Assembly (NCBI GenBank): GCA_045648825.1
Contig: JAZROS010000132.1
Location: 1-37,514, forward strand
Direction of reading: 5' to 3'
DNA: 37,514 bases
From: Clostridia bacterium
GTDB lineage: Bacteria; Bacillota; Clostridia; UBA1381
The notes under the pieces were generated by a model. The model made no database searches, was not told where the DNA came from, and saw only the letters and a program-made list of their open reading frames with translations. Position 1 is the stretch's first letter. Each line of letters opens with the position of its first letter. The position numbers were made by a program, and so were the translations under genes. Positions 6,467 through 15,037 of this stretch are shown here, piece after piece.

Positions 6467-8211
6467 TTTAACACCGCCTCTTTTACAATAATATTTCCGT
6501 TAAGATTAAATGATTGTTTTATCAATCTTCCACTAACAACACCAAGATATTCCGTTTCTGCCTTTATATTTTCGCCTACATTGACTTTTTCATCATATGT
6601 AATAATATTAGGGTATTTACCGCCATATTTCAATCCTGTACCGTATTTTAAGCCTGTACCATATTTATATGGCTCTCCATACTGAATGTGTTTACCCTCA
6701 ACGATTTTTAAATTCGTTGTATTGGTCTTTATAAGCCAATTATAACATTTTTCAAGTACATTGTCAATGTTATATTGTGAAACAAGTGTAGCGGAATCAA
6801 TCGCTACCACTTTCTCAATTTCGCTTGATAATACAACAGGATTATTTTTTCTTCTTGTTTGTGTTGTGTGGTTGTATTTATAACCTGCAAGAGAACAATT
6901 TCCCGTTACATTTAAAACCGCAAAATTTGTTCCGCTTTTTACAATCGAACCGCCTGAAGAAATTTGCAAATTGAAACAAGGCTCTGAAAAAACAATAAAT
7001 ATATTTTCTCCCTTTTCTCCTGTTTCGGTATTGTTGAACAATTCAATCATTTCTTCGCTTGGTGTGTAATTGTGAACTGTCACTTCAACTCCTGTAACCG
7101 TTTCTTCATCAACAAAATTCTGCCCTTGCATAATTCGATTGAGTGGTACTGTCTGCTTGATATCTTCTTCAAGAGTAAACACCTTTACAACCTCACTATT
7201 GCTTGTATCAACAACCGCCTGAATAGCAAAAGCCACTTGCATAAGAGCATCACGGCAAGTCGTGAATGGGATATATCCTGTAACTGTTGCATCTGCAAAA
7301 ACATCATCAATGCTATACGGCACTTTTGCAACTGTAAAAATATCAGTCAAAAGTTCAACTGCATTTTTGTTGGTATAAATACCGCCATAATATGGTATGC
7401 TATCAAGCAAACCGATATAATCTTCACTTTGTATACTCCACAATCTTTTTGCCTTGCGTGTGGATTTTTTAACAAAGGTAGTTGCTTTTAATTCGCCATT
7501 AAAATACACGCTCAAAGGTTGTTTTGCCTGAAAAGAATATTCCATATCGGTTTTACTGTCAAGGGTAAAATCTGCCGTATTTATGCTTATCTGTGTGCTT
7601 ATAGGGTCTATCTCTTGTATAAGTTTAACCCCTCGCAACTCATCGCCATAAAAGAATGTGCCATATCCATAGTCAATTACACGCAATTTAAGGCGGTTTT
7701 TAGGCATATTTAATGAATAGAATGTAATTACTACCTTGTTATAATTTTCAACGAAATTACGGCAAAAATAGAACGCATTATCGGGGTTATATTCTTTCTC
7801 GTCAAGTGTTGTTATGCCCTCGTCTGTTATTCGCAACCATTTTATGCCTAATCTTGTAGGGTGTATGCCGTTGTAAGTGTCAAAAGTTAAAGTCAAGCCT
7901 TGCGAAGAATACTGACCTGCACTTTCCAATTCCAAAACAATAGGCTCTGTAAATGTTCCGTCATCGTTGCTTATTTGTTCGCTCCACAACCCCAAATTTG
8001 CTTGTTCAGGTACAGACGGAAATGCCTGAGCCGTTCCGTCTAATACTACTGAAAACAATTCACAAGGGTTTGCATAATTCGGGAAATTAAGGTTATATTG
8101 TTGTAACTGTGCAAGTGTGTCAAATTCGCTTTCGCTTGCAGATGGAATAAAATTTTCCTTCGCTTCGGGTGCGACATCTCCATATCTTATTGCTACGCCT
8201 TTATTGTTCAT
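6463..8211 (-). CDS. Large tail tip / baseplate protein (Tal-like by position, 582 aa)
   Basis: Track ORF, the second gene after the tape measure, with an ATGA overlap to the upstream gene. The C-terminal part carries a KYGTGLKYGTGLKYGGKY micro-repeat. Confidence 0.6.
   Translation of the reverse strand: MNNKGVAIRYGDVAPEAKENFIPSASESEFDTLAQLQQYNLNFPNYANPCELFSVVLDGTAQAFPSVPEQANLGLWSEQISNDDGTFTEPIVLELESAGQYSSQGLTLTFDTYNGIHPTRLGIKWLRITDEGITTLDEKEYNPDNAFYFCRNFVENYNKVVITFYSLNMPKNRLKLRVIDYGYGTFFYGDELRGVKLIQEIDPISTQISINTADFTLDSKTDMEYSFQAKQPLSVYFNGELKATTFVKKSTRKAKRLWSIQSEDYIGLLDSIPYYGGIYTNKNAVELLTDIFTVAKVPYSIDDVFADATVTGYIPFTTCRDALMQVAFAIQAVVDTSNSEVVKVFTLEEDIKQTVPLNRIMQGQNFVDEETVTGVEVTVHNYTPSEEMIELFNNTETGEKGENIFIVFSEPCFNLQISSGGSIVKSGTNFAVLNVTGNCSLAGYKYNHTTQTRRKNNPVVLSSEIEKVVAIDSATLVSQYNIDNVLEKCYNWLIKTNTTNLKIVEGKHIQYGEPYKYGTGLKYGTGLKYGGKYPNIITYDEKVNVGENIKAETEYLGVVSGRLIKQSFNLNGNIIVKEAVLK
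6739..6767 (-). promoter_or_regulatory. Perfect consensus promoter TTGACA-17-TATAAT inside the 3' end of the tail tip gene
   Basis: Minus strand reads cATTGACAatgtacttgaaaaatgtTATAATtgg. The -35 is at 6767-6762, the -10 at 6744-6739, and the spacer is exactly 17 nt. Confidence 0.55.
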
Positions 8212-8615
8212 TCGGGTAACACCTGTGCGGACATAGGCACTATATTTACGGAAAATTTATCCCAATATACCTTTCCTGTTTTGGTGTCAATGCGTTTCAA
8301 TGCTCTTTCGCCCTGTGATACATAAGCCACAAAAGGTTTATCCCATAACGCTTGATTATGCACTATGTTTACCTCTATGCCGTCATATCGTGGAACTGCA
8401 AAGAAATTAAATAAATCATCATATTGTTTGTCATACCCTTGCTTTCTCGCAAAAGTGATTTTGTAATTAAAGAATGTGCCGAGAGGGTCAAGTGTCATTC
8501 CTGCACCCTGCGACATTGTTCTGCCTGTATTTTCGCTATACAAGATTGAAAAACTTTCGCTTATTTCCGTAACAAGTACATCCCAAACCTTGCCACCAAT
8601 TTTTACATATTCCAT
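8208..8615 (-). CDS. Distal tail component (position-based, 135 aa)
   Basis: Track ORF immediately after the tape measure, with a TAATG overlap. It is smaller than typical Dit proteins. Confidence 0.5.
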   Translation of the reverse strand: MEYVKIGGKVWDVLVTEISESFSILYSENTGRTMSQGAGMTLDPLGTFFNYKITFARKQGYDKQYDDLFNFFAVPRYDGIEVNIVHNQALWDKPFVAYVSQGERALKRIDTKTGKVYWDKFSVNIVPMSAQVLPE

Positions 8616-11341
8616 TACGCAATCACCAACCTTGTACCAATTCTACGATTTTCTCTGTTTCCCTGTTCGACAACTGCCCTGCCAAATTCTCTGCCGTCAA
8701 TTTCAAGCACTACTTCGGTGTTTCCACCGCCATAATTTGCGTTTCCTTGTAATGCAATATTGAATGCATCAACAATAGTCTGCAACGGTGCTTCAATGTT
8801 TACACCTTGTTTTTGGTCACCTAACACGGCAAGAAACTCACGATTTGGCGGTATTACTGCACCTTGTGCAAGTCGAGGGATTTTTATTTGATTGAAATTA
8901 AATCCCCATTTTTGACCACCAATTACTGGAACCCAATCAGGAACATCCCAAGACAATGTATTTATTTTTTCTATGACCCAATTTATGCCCTTTTCAATAA
9001 CACCAATAAGACCATTTATTGCTTTTTTCCCTAAATTCGCCCACCATTCACCTGTAAACACAGGGGCGATGTTTCTGTTCCAAAAATCTTTAACTTTCTG
9101 CCATACTTCTTTTACTTTATCAACAATAAAATTCCAATTCAACGCAACTGTTGCCGCCAATGCTCCACCACCTGCGACAATCAATCCTAGTGCAAGAGGA
9201 ATACCAACGCCTGTAAATAGAAGTATGATACCTAAAACAATTAGAGCCAAAGAAACGCCCACAATCAAACCAGAATTATCTTTTATAAAACCTGTTATGC
9301 TGTCATATATATAATTCCAATTCAATGCGACCGTTGCCGCCAACGCTCCACCACCTGCAACAATTAAACCTATTGCAAGAGGAATACCAACGCCTGTAAA
9401 GCATAATATAATACCTATTATAAGCAACGCAATAGAAACTCCTACAATCAACCCAGCGTTATCTTGAAAAAATTTTGTTACTTGCTCTGTTACATAATTC
9501 CAATTCAATGCAAGTTCAGCAACTAAACCAACTGCACCTACAACAATCATTCCTATTGACAAAGGTGTAACAATACCACAAACGCAAAGCACGATACCAA
9601 GTACAAGCAACGCACCGCTAATAATAGCCAATACGCCACCAACCCAACCTTGTAATGCTTCTTTTACTGCATCAGGATATAATGCTATTTCTGTTGCAAG
9701 TCCTACCGCACCTGTTACAACAAGCCCTATTGATAAAGGCGATATTTGACCAAAACATAAAAGTATAATACCTATTGCAAGCGTAAATCCTGAAACAATA
9801 GTAATTATTCCGTGTAATGTTTTTTGTGCTTCACTTCCCAATTTATTTGCCGCAACTTGTGCCATTCCAACTGCTAAAACTCCTGCACCTGCAATAATCA
9901 TTCCAAGTGCCAAAGGTTGTGCAGACGGAACTTTTAACAAAAGCACAATACCTATTGCAAGAATAAAACCGCCAACAATAGCCATAATTGATGAAAATTG
10001 TTCTGCAATTCCTAAATCAGCACCACCAATAGCCGCCACAGAAACGCCCATAGCAGAAGCACCTGCAATAATAAATCCAATACCCCAACCAATATGACCA
10101 TTAAATATAAGCAATACCCCAAGTGCAACCATAGCACCGCCTACAATTCCCATAATCGTTGCCAACATTGTGCTAATACCATCTTCTTGACCGCCTGTGC
10201 CACCGCCGCCTGTCAAACCTAAATCAGCAACACCACCGCCAACTGCACCTGCTCCTGTATCTCCGCCGCCTGTGGCATTTGATGATAAAATCTGTATCTC
10301 ATCAAATCCTGCAAGGGATTTTTTTAATTCTTTATTTGTACCTTTTACTGCATCGGTTAAGTCATTTTGATTATCAACTGCACCGCCGATTGATGAAGAA
10401 ATACCCTCTGTACCTTCAATAGTCTTTCCTGTAATTCCCGCAATGGCTCTCAAGCCTGCGGTTATAATATTCATAATCTGCGTTGCAACTCTTAAAACAG
10501 GCAATAAAACTGTATTTACAAACTGTCCCCAAGTTGCCTGCATATCTTCATAAGCCGCACGATATTGTTGTCTTGTAAACGCAGAAGTTTGTGCTACTGT
10601 TGTTCCATATTTATTTGTGGATTGTTCCAATATTGCAAGTGTTCTGACTTGTGATTGTTCATAAGCACTTAATTGTTGCCAACTTCTTCCATCTGCAATA
10701 CGCTTAAAAGCATCTGTAATTTCAATGGTTTTTATGTTTACATTTATGCCTAAATCTTCGATAGCTTCTGTATTACCAAGCAAACCTGAACGGACACGTT
10801 CCGCAACATCTTCAACGGTTCTTCCTGTTTTACTTGCAACTACTGCCGTTTGATTTAACAACGAATTTGTTAAATGTGCATTTGTTTCTTGGTCTGCCCA
10901 TACTGACAAAAGGTTTCCATAAGTGGCAGAAACAGATGCCGCCATACTTCTTGACAATCCTATTCCTCTTGCATTTGCATCTATAAAATCGCCTACTGTT
11001 TGACTTGCTTCTCCATAAATATCAATTAATCGTTGAACATTTGCTTCTTGTTGCGTTGCCATTTCTCCTGCTTCACGACTAAAATTTATAAATGCACGCA
11101 AACTTAATAAACCTAAAATTTGTCCTGCAAGCCCTTTAAGGTAAGTTCCTAATTTTTGAAAAGTATTCTTAATTGAACTGCCTACTTTTTGGAATCCTGT
11201 TCCAATTTGTGTGCCAACCTTCCCCAAATAAGTTTTTACCTTGTCAAAAGCGGTTTTAATAGAATTTGTTCCCTTTGTAATTCCGCTTTCATCTATTTTG
11301 ATAGTAAGAATAATGCTACCATCGCCACCCGAAATAGCCAT
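8615..11341 (-). CDS. Tail tape measure protein with a 12-TM repeat core
   Basis: This is the largest ORF and lies downstream of two chaperone-like genes. It has a helical N-terminal third, a Gly-rich linker (GGGDTGAGAVGGGVADLGLTGGGGTGG), six hydrophobic repeats and a C-terminal globular part. The ATG at 11341 follows AAGGAG; the track begins at TTG 11347. Confidence 0.85.
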   Translation of the reverse strand: MAISGGDGSIILTIKIDESGITKGTNSIKTAFDKVKTYLGKVGTQIGTGFQKVGSSIKNTFQKLGTYLKGLAGQILGLLSLRAFINFSREAGEMATQQEANVQRLIDIYGEASQTVGDFIDANARGIGLSRSMAASVSATYGNLLSVWADQETNAHLTNSLLNQTAVVASKTGRTVEDVAERVRSGLLGNTEAIEDLGINVNIKTIEITDAFKRIADGRSWQQLSAYEQSQVRTLAILEQSTNKYGTTVAQTSAFTRQQYRAAYEDMQATWGQFVNTVLLPVLRVATQIMNIITAGLRAIAGITGKTIEGTEGISSSIGGAVDNQNDLTDAVKGTNKELKKSLAGFDEIQILSSNATGGGDTGAGAVGGGVADLGLTGGGGTGGQEDGISTMLATIMGIVGGAMVALGVLLIFNGHIGWGIGFIIAGASAMGVSVAAIGGADLGIAEQFSSIMAIVGGFILAIGIVLLLKVPSAQPLALGMIIAGAGVLAVGMAQVAANKLGSEAQKTLHGIITIVSGFTLAIGIILLCFGQISPLSIGLVVTGAVGLATEIALYPDAVKEALQGWVGGVLAIISGALLVLGIVLCVCGIVTPLSIGMIVVGAVGLVAELALNWNYVTEQVTKFFQDNAGLIVGVSIALLIIGIILCFTGVGIPLAIGLIVAGGGALAATVALNWNYIYDSITGFIKDNSGLIVGVSLALIVLGIILLFTGVGIPLALGLIVAGGGALAATVALNWNFIVDKVKEVWQKVKDFWNRNIAPVFTGEWWANLGKKAINGLIGVIEKGINWVIEKINTLSWDVPDWVPVIGGQKWGFNFNQIKIPRLAQGAVIPPNREFLAVLGDQKQGVNIEAPLQTIVDAFNIALQGNANYGGGNTEVVLEIDGREFGRAVVEQGNRENRRIGTRLVIA
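9128..10168 (-). repeat. Six tandem ~58-61-codon repeats within the tape measure gene. The two youngest 183-bp copies are near-identical.
   Basis: Protein units include ...NYVTEQVTKFFQDNAGLIVGVSIALLIIGIILCFTGVGIPLAIGLIVAGGGALAATVALNW and NYIYDSITGFIKDNSGLIVGVSLALIVLGIILLFTGVGIPLALGLIVAGGGALAATVALNW. In DNA, attccaattcaa[ct]gc... recurs at ~9131, ~9314 and ~9497. Confidence 0.85.
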
Positions 11342-11358
11342 AAACAATCAACTCCTTT

Positions 11359-11916
11359 CTACCAATCGGAGTCAAGCCATTCTTTCTCCTCTTCGGTAAG
11401 ATTTTGAGGTAAATCTATAATTTTACGATTTTCTTTATAAAAATCTTGTTCCCACTTTTCAAGTGGTTTTCCTTTTTGCTTTTTGCTACGGATTGACACA
11501 ATATTTGAAAAGGTACATTCTCCAATTTCCATATAAGCACCGATAAAATCCCACCAATGCGTATAGTGATTAGCATCTCGCACACTATACCCAAGCACAC
11601 GGCTTATAGGTGGTGCTAATTGTGTAAAATCGTGTTGCCAATCCATAAGTTGAGGTTTTGGTATTTGCTCTTGTGTGGTTTCTTCTTCGCCATTATTTAT
11701 AATTTTCATCATTTCTTTTACGGCGGTTTCAAAATCGGTACAACCTGTCAAATCCTCATAAAAAATAAATAACGCACATCTTATGCGGTTTTCCATTTCT
11801 AATTCAATATCATTTAATGCGGTTATGACATCAAGCACAACACGGTAATCGCATTTATTCCGTATTGCATATTCTTTTCCGTCTATTTTAACGGATATAG
11901 GTAAACTCCACATCAT
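11359..11916 (-). CDS. Tail assembly chaperone-like protein (Gp15-type by pattern and position)
   Basis: Track ORF directly upstream of the tape measure. The N-terminal ...ISVKIDGKEYAIRNKCDYRVVLDVI... pattern resembles the Gp15 family of Firmicute siphophages. This is from memory, not a search. Confidence 0.55.
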   Translation of the reverse strand: MMWSLPISVKIDGKEYAIRNKCDYRVVLDVITALNDIELEMENRIRCALFIFYEDLTGCTDFETAVKEMMKIINNGEEETTQEQIPKPQLMDWQHDFTQLAPPISRVLGYSVRDANHYTHWWDFIGAYMEIGECTFSNIVSIRSKKQKGKPLEKWEQDFYKENRKIIDLPQNLTEEEKEWLDSDW

Positions 11917-12422
11917 TTTGCGTATTTGTTAAGATGCTTCGCCATTTTCTTTTCAACTTCTGCATTTGACTTATTGATGTTCTTCTGTATTTCAGGAGTA
12001 ATAGCCGTTAAGAATTGCATAATAAAATATTCTCCATTTACAACGGCAAAAGGTGAGCAATGCTTAAATACAACACTTGAAACATCACTACCAAAAGCAA
12101 AATTCAATTCTTCAAAAATAATTGTCTTTGTATCTTCAACAATTTTTGCAGTCTTTTCTGCTCTTTCGGTAATTGCCTTTGACTGTTCATCTGTCAAATT
12201 TATAAAGTCGTTAAGGTTTTCAATTTCAACCGCTTCACCTGCGTTTGTAAGTTCAAAATCTTCAAACTTCATACTTTCAATTCTTGCAGAAATTTTGTCC
12301 TTTGCAGACATCAATCTTGTCGCAAGGTCAGGGTCATTCGGGTTAAAATAAATGCAATCTTTATCCCCATTATCAAACTCAATCGGGAACGCAACTTTAC
12401 CTGTACTTAATTTCATAGCCAT
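11913..12422 (-). CDS. Tail assembly chaperone (position-based)
   Basis: Track ORF between the major tail and Gp15-like genes, acidic in composition. It has an AAGGAGG SD and an ATGA overlap with the next gene; no slippery site is needed. Confidence 0.55.
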   Translation of the reverse strand: MAMKLSTGKVAFPIEFDNGDKDCIYFNPNDPDLATRLMSAKDKISARIESMKFEDFELTNAGEAVEIENLNDFINLTDEQSKAITERAEKTAKIVEDTKTIIFEELNFAFGSDVSSVVFKHCSPFAVVNGEYFIMQFLTAITPEIQKNINKSNAEVEKKMAKHLNKYAK

Positions 12423-12449
12423 ATCAAAAAATACCTCCTTAAATTAAAT

Positions 12450-12481
12450 ATACCGCCCTACCTAATAGGGCAAGGCGGTAT
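12450..12481 (-). terminator. GC-rich hairpin after the major tail gene (attenuator/terminator)
   Basis: ATACCGCC...GGCGGTAT outer stem with an inner CCCTA/TAGGG stem, followed on the minus strand by ATTTAATTT. Confidence 0.55.
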
Positions 12482-12495
12482 GTGTGTTTGTGTTG

Positions 12496-13023
12496 TTATG
12501 CGGCACTATCAGGTGTGAATGTAATTGTTTCACCGTCAACCTTTGGCATTGTGCCTGTTGTGGTCTTGTTTGCATAGTGAATGTCTACTTCAAAACCAAG
12601 ATAACCGCCTGCTTCACCTGTGAAGTTGTTAATTGCAATCATAACATCTTCTTCAAGTCTTGCTAAACAATTATCTTCTGTGTCTGCATCTGCAAACTCA
12701 AATTTCTGTAAAATCTTAATTGCATTAAGTTTTTCATAGTTTCTTGTGAAGAACGCATCGAAAAGCATTTCACCAAGTTTAGAGCCTTTTCTCAACTTAA
12801 TAGCAACGCCACTCTGTGTAGGCTGTGCTGTGCCTCTTTCCATATCAACTGTGCCAAGTACATCAGTAACCTTTTCAACATCGCTATTTTCTTCAACTGT
12901 CCAACTCTCTACGCCTCTGCCCTGCAATTCCCATTCAGGTGTACCTGAACCGCCGACATCAGCATATATCTTAAATCTTTTGGTTTCTACCTTTGGATTT
13001 GCACAACTGTTAAATTCAACCAT
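12496..13023 (-). CDS. Major tail protein
   Basis: Track ORF (175 aa) with an AAAGGAG SD. It lies after the connector genes and before the chaperones, and is followed by a hairpin, as is usual for highly expressed tail tube genes. Confidence 0.7.
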   Translation of the reverse strand: MVEFNSCANPKVETKRFKIYADVGGSGTPEWELQGRGVESWTVEENSDVEKVTDVLGTVDMERGTAQPTQSGVAIKLRKGSKLGEMLFDAFFTRNYEKLNAIKILQKFEFADADTEDNCLARLEEDVMIAINNFTGEAGGYLGFEVDIHYANKTTTGTMPKVDGETITFTPDSAA

Positions 13024-13045
13024 ATCAATTCTCCTTTACATAAAA

Positions 13046-13378
13046 TTAAAATCTACCGCTTTGTAACGCATTGTTAAGCGTGCGGTATAGTTTGTCTTTT
13101 TGTCCTGCCTTTTCAGCGGCTTTGTCCCATTCATAAGTGGAATATGGGTTTTTCTTTTGGAATGTAAAATCCTCGCCATAATATATGCGTGTTGCATATT
13201 TGGTTTTATAGTGTATCTGCCAAGGGTTAAGAGTTGCCGTATCTTGCATTGTTCCTGTATCTCTCGGTGTATATGGGTCAATCAGCCTTTTCCACTCATT
13301 CGATACAAGCAATCCAAATCTATCACTTGTAACCTTTTCCCTTATGCGTGGCTCATTCAAATCAATCCGTAAATTCAT
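13046..13378 (-). CDS. Head-tail joining / neck protein (HK97 gp10-like pattern)
   Basis: Track ORF (110 aa). The pattern ...LVSNEWKRLIDPYTPRDTGTM...YATRIYYG... resembles minor-capsid/gp10-type neck proteins. Confidence 0.5.
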   Translation of the reverse strand: MNLRIDLNEPRIREKVTSDRFGLLVSNEWKRLIDPYTPRDTGTMQDTATLNPWQIHYKTKYATRIYYGEDFTFQKKNPYSTYEWDKAAEKAGQKDKLYRTLNNALQSGRF

Positions 13379-13865
13379 ATTCCACCTGCTTTCGAGGTGT
13401 GCGGTTTACATATCGCAAACGAACTGTGATGAAATATCCGACTGTGTTTGTGTCGGGGTCAACATATCGGATTTGCGGTACAAATGGGTTGGTTTCTATA
13501 GAAACAATTAACTCATTAATGTCGGGGAAATTGCCCTTTTTGTTCTGCTCTTTTATCCAATCGCAAACACCACAAACTTGCTCATAAGTCAACACATTTT
13601 CATTGAACTGCGGAGGGTTTGTGTCATTGACATCGTACCACTCATAGCAATTTATTTGAAAATCCTCATACACGGACGGATAAGGCTCTATTGTGCAATT
13701 ATAATATCCATTTACATCAAACTGCTCTTGATACTGCACGGCAGGACTTGCCCCTTGCGGAAGAATAACGGTATTCCCCTTTTTACTCTCACTCGCAATA
13801 CTCATAAGGTTTTTCAAATAAGGACATTGGCGAAAATAATTAAATAATACTGCATATTTATCCAA
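13362..13865 (-). CDS. Head-tail connector complex protein (position-based)
   Basis: Track ORF (167 aa, TTG start after AAGGGGGA), overlapping the next gene. Confidence 0.45.
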   Translation of the reverse strand: MDKYAVLFNYFRQCPYLKNLMSIASESKKGNTVILPQGASPAVQYQEQFDVNGYYNCTIEPYPSVYEDFQINCYEWYDVNDTNPPQFNENVLTYEQVCGVCDWIKEQNKKGNFPDINELIVSIETNPFVPQIRYVDPDTNTVGYFITVRLRYVNRTPRKQVEYEFTD

Positions 13866-13881
13866 TTTTATCCAATCCCCC

Positions 13882-14391
13882 TTATGCGTGAATTATCTGC
13901 ACATTGTCAACAGCCATACCGTGTATGTATTCATTGACCGCCGTAACAGAAAAGCCGTTGTTTTTGTATTTGCTCTGCAAGTCTTGAAATTCCCTACTCG
14001 TTGTAACAACATCGTCAACCTCTGCCAATACAACAAAGTCATTCACATTTGCGGTGAAATATTTGTCTTTCATATCAGCAGGAAGTAAAGCATATTCAAG
14101 CGGTGTTTTGTAATGCTCAATATCCTTTGTGGTTATCGTCTGTGCATTTACAACCTTTTCAATCGTTCCGTCTGCGTTCTGCAATATACCTTTTTGAATG
14201 TTGCAAAAGTCAATCACAAATCGGTCAAATCTACGAGGATTTACTCCGTCGCTTGGTATATCATTATAGATTGTTACCTTGCTACTGAATAAGTCCGTCA
14301 TTCCGCTTTTTTGGAATTTTGGGGCGGTCTTTTCTGTGATAGGTATTTCTATCTCATTATAGCCATATTTTACCTTAAAACCAACTTTCAC
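13882..14391 (-). CDS. Head-tail connector complex protein (position-based)
   Basis: Track ORF (169 aa, GTG start 6 nt after GGGGGGTG). Confidence 0.45.
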   Translation of the reverse strand: MKVGFKVKYGYNEIEIPITEKTAPKFQKSGMTDLFSSKVTIYNDIPSDGVNPRRFDRFVIDFCNIQKGILQNADGTIEKVVNAQTITTKDIEHYKTPLEYALLPADMKDKYFTANVNDFVVLAEVDDVVTTSREFQDLQSKYKNNGFSVTAVNEYIHGMAVDNVQIIHA

Positions 14392-14394
14392 CGA

Positions 14395-14769
14395 CTACAC
14401 CCCCCGATATAAAAGCGGTGTGCCATTATCGTCAACCTCATTAAGCAGATAGTCCTTAACCATATCATCAATTTCTCCTGCTCTTTCTTCAATGGAACGA
14501 ATAACAAAACTTTCGCTTTCACTTACTCCACCTGCGGATTGACTATGGTTTGATACCTGTTTTGAACTACCAAAATCATTCGCAAGATATTCAATCAAAT
14601 CCGTACAAAGTGCCTTTGCCCTCTGCGGAACTTCTGCCATACATTCAATGCGATTGTGTGTTGCATTGTCAATGATACCGCACGCACGGTCAATATAACG
14701 GTTAAAGGCGGTCAAATCCAACACGCCACCCAAACTATTTGAATATTCTTCATAGGTTAGATATGTCAT
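14395..14769 (-). CDS. Head-tail connector (gp6-like adaptor by position and pattern)
   Basis: Track ORF (124 aa). The N-terminal YLTYEEY...LDLTAFNRYIDRACGIID pattern is typical of gp6-type adaptors. This is inference. Confidence 0.5.
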   Translation of the reverse strand: MTYLTYEEYSNSLGGVLDLTAFNRYIDRACGIIDNATHNRIECMAEVPQRAKALCTDLIEYLANDFGSSKQVSNHSQSAGGVSESESFVIRSIEERAGEIDDMVKDYLLNEVDDNGTPLLYRGV

Positions 14770-14790
14770 TGATTATAACCGCCTTTCTGC

Positions 14791-15033
14791 TTATTCCTCG
14801 TCAGCCTTTTCAACTGACTTTGTTTTCTTTTCCTTTTTGGGTTCTTCCACCTTTTCGGCGATTTCCTCAATCAGCGGAACACCCTGTCTATTTTTGCTAC
14901 TTGCAAGTTCGTTAATTCTGCTCTGTAACACATTCAACCCTTTTCGCGGATATGTATTCCTTGCAGGGTCTTTCGGGTCATAAGCATAATTATTGTCCTG
15001 CATATCCGTAAAAGCCTTAATTACTCTGTACAT
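14791..15033 (-). CDS. Small capsid-associated protein with a Lys/Glu-rich tail (80 aa)
   Basis: Track ORF immediately after the major capsid gene, with an AGGAG SD. LQSRINELASS...GVPLIEEI resembles a HeH/Rho-N-like motif, but the match is weak. Confidence 0.5.
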   Translation of the reverse strand: MYRVIKAFTDMQDNNYAYDPKDPARNTYPRKGLNVLQSRINELASSKNRQGVPLIEEIAEKVEEPKKEKKTKSVEKADEE

Positions 15034-15037
15034 TTAA

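Noticed and set aside
6611-6670. The KYGTGL KYGTGL KYGG micro-repeat (18-bp tandem) in the tail tip protein, considered as a hypervariable or DGR target.
   Set aside because: It has only two and a half copies. There is no template repeat elsewhere and no adenine-specific divergence. It is most simply a small in-frame duplication.
8095-8123. TTGACA-17-CAATAT near the 5' end of the tail tip gene.
   Set aside because: The -10 is poor and there is no associated terminator or intergenic context. It is within chance expectation for a single-hexamer match.
10170-10330. Gly-rich stretch (GGGDTGAGAVGGGVADLGLTGGGGTGG), considered as a collagen-like or simple-repeat element.
   Set aside because: There is no G-X-Y periodicity. 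It is a flexible linker inside the tape measure ORF, between the helical and hydrophobic regions.
11359-12422. Expected programmed -1 frameshift between the two tail chaperone genes (G/GT-like).
   Set aside because: The two ORFs are separate and overlap by ATGA with normal reinitiation geometry. No slippery heptamer or extended overlapping frame was seen.
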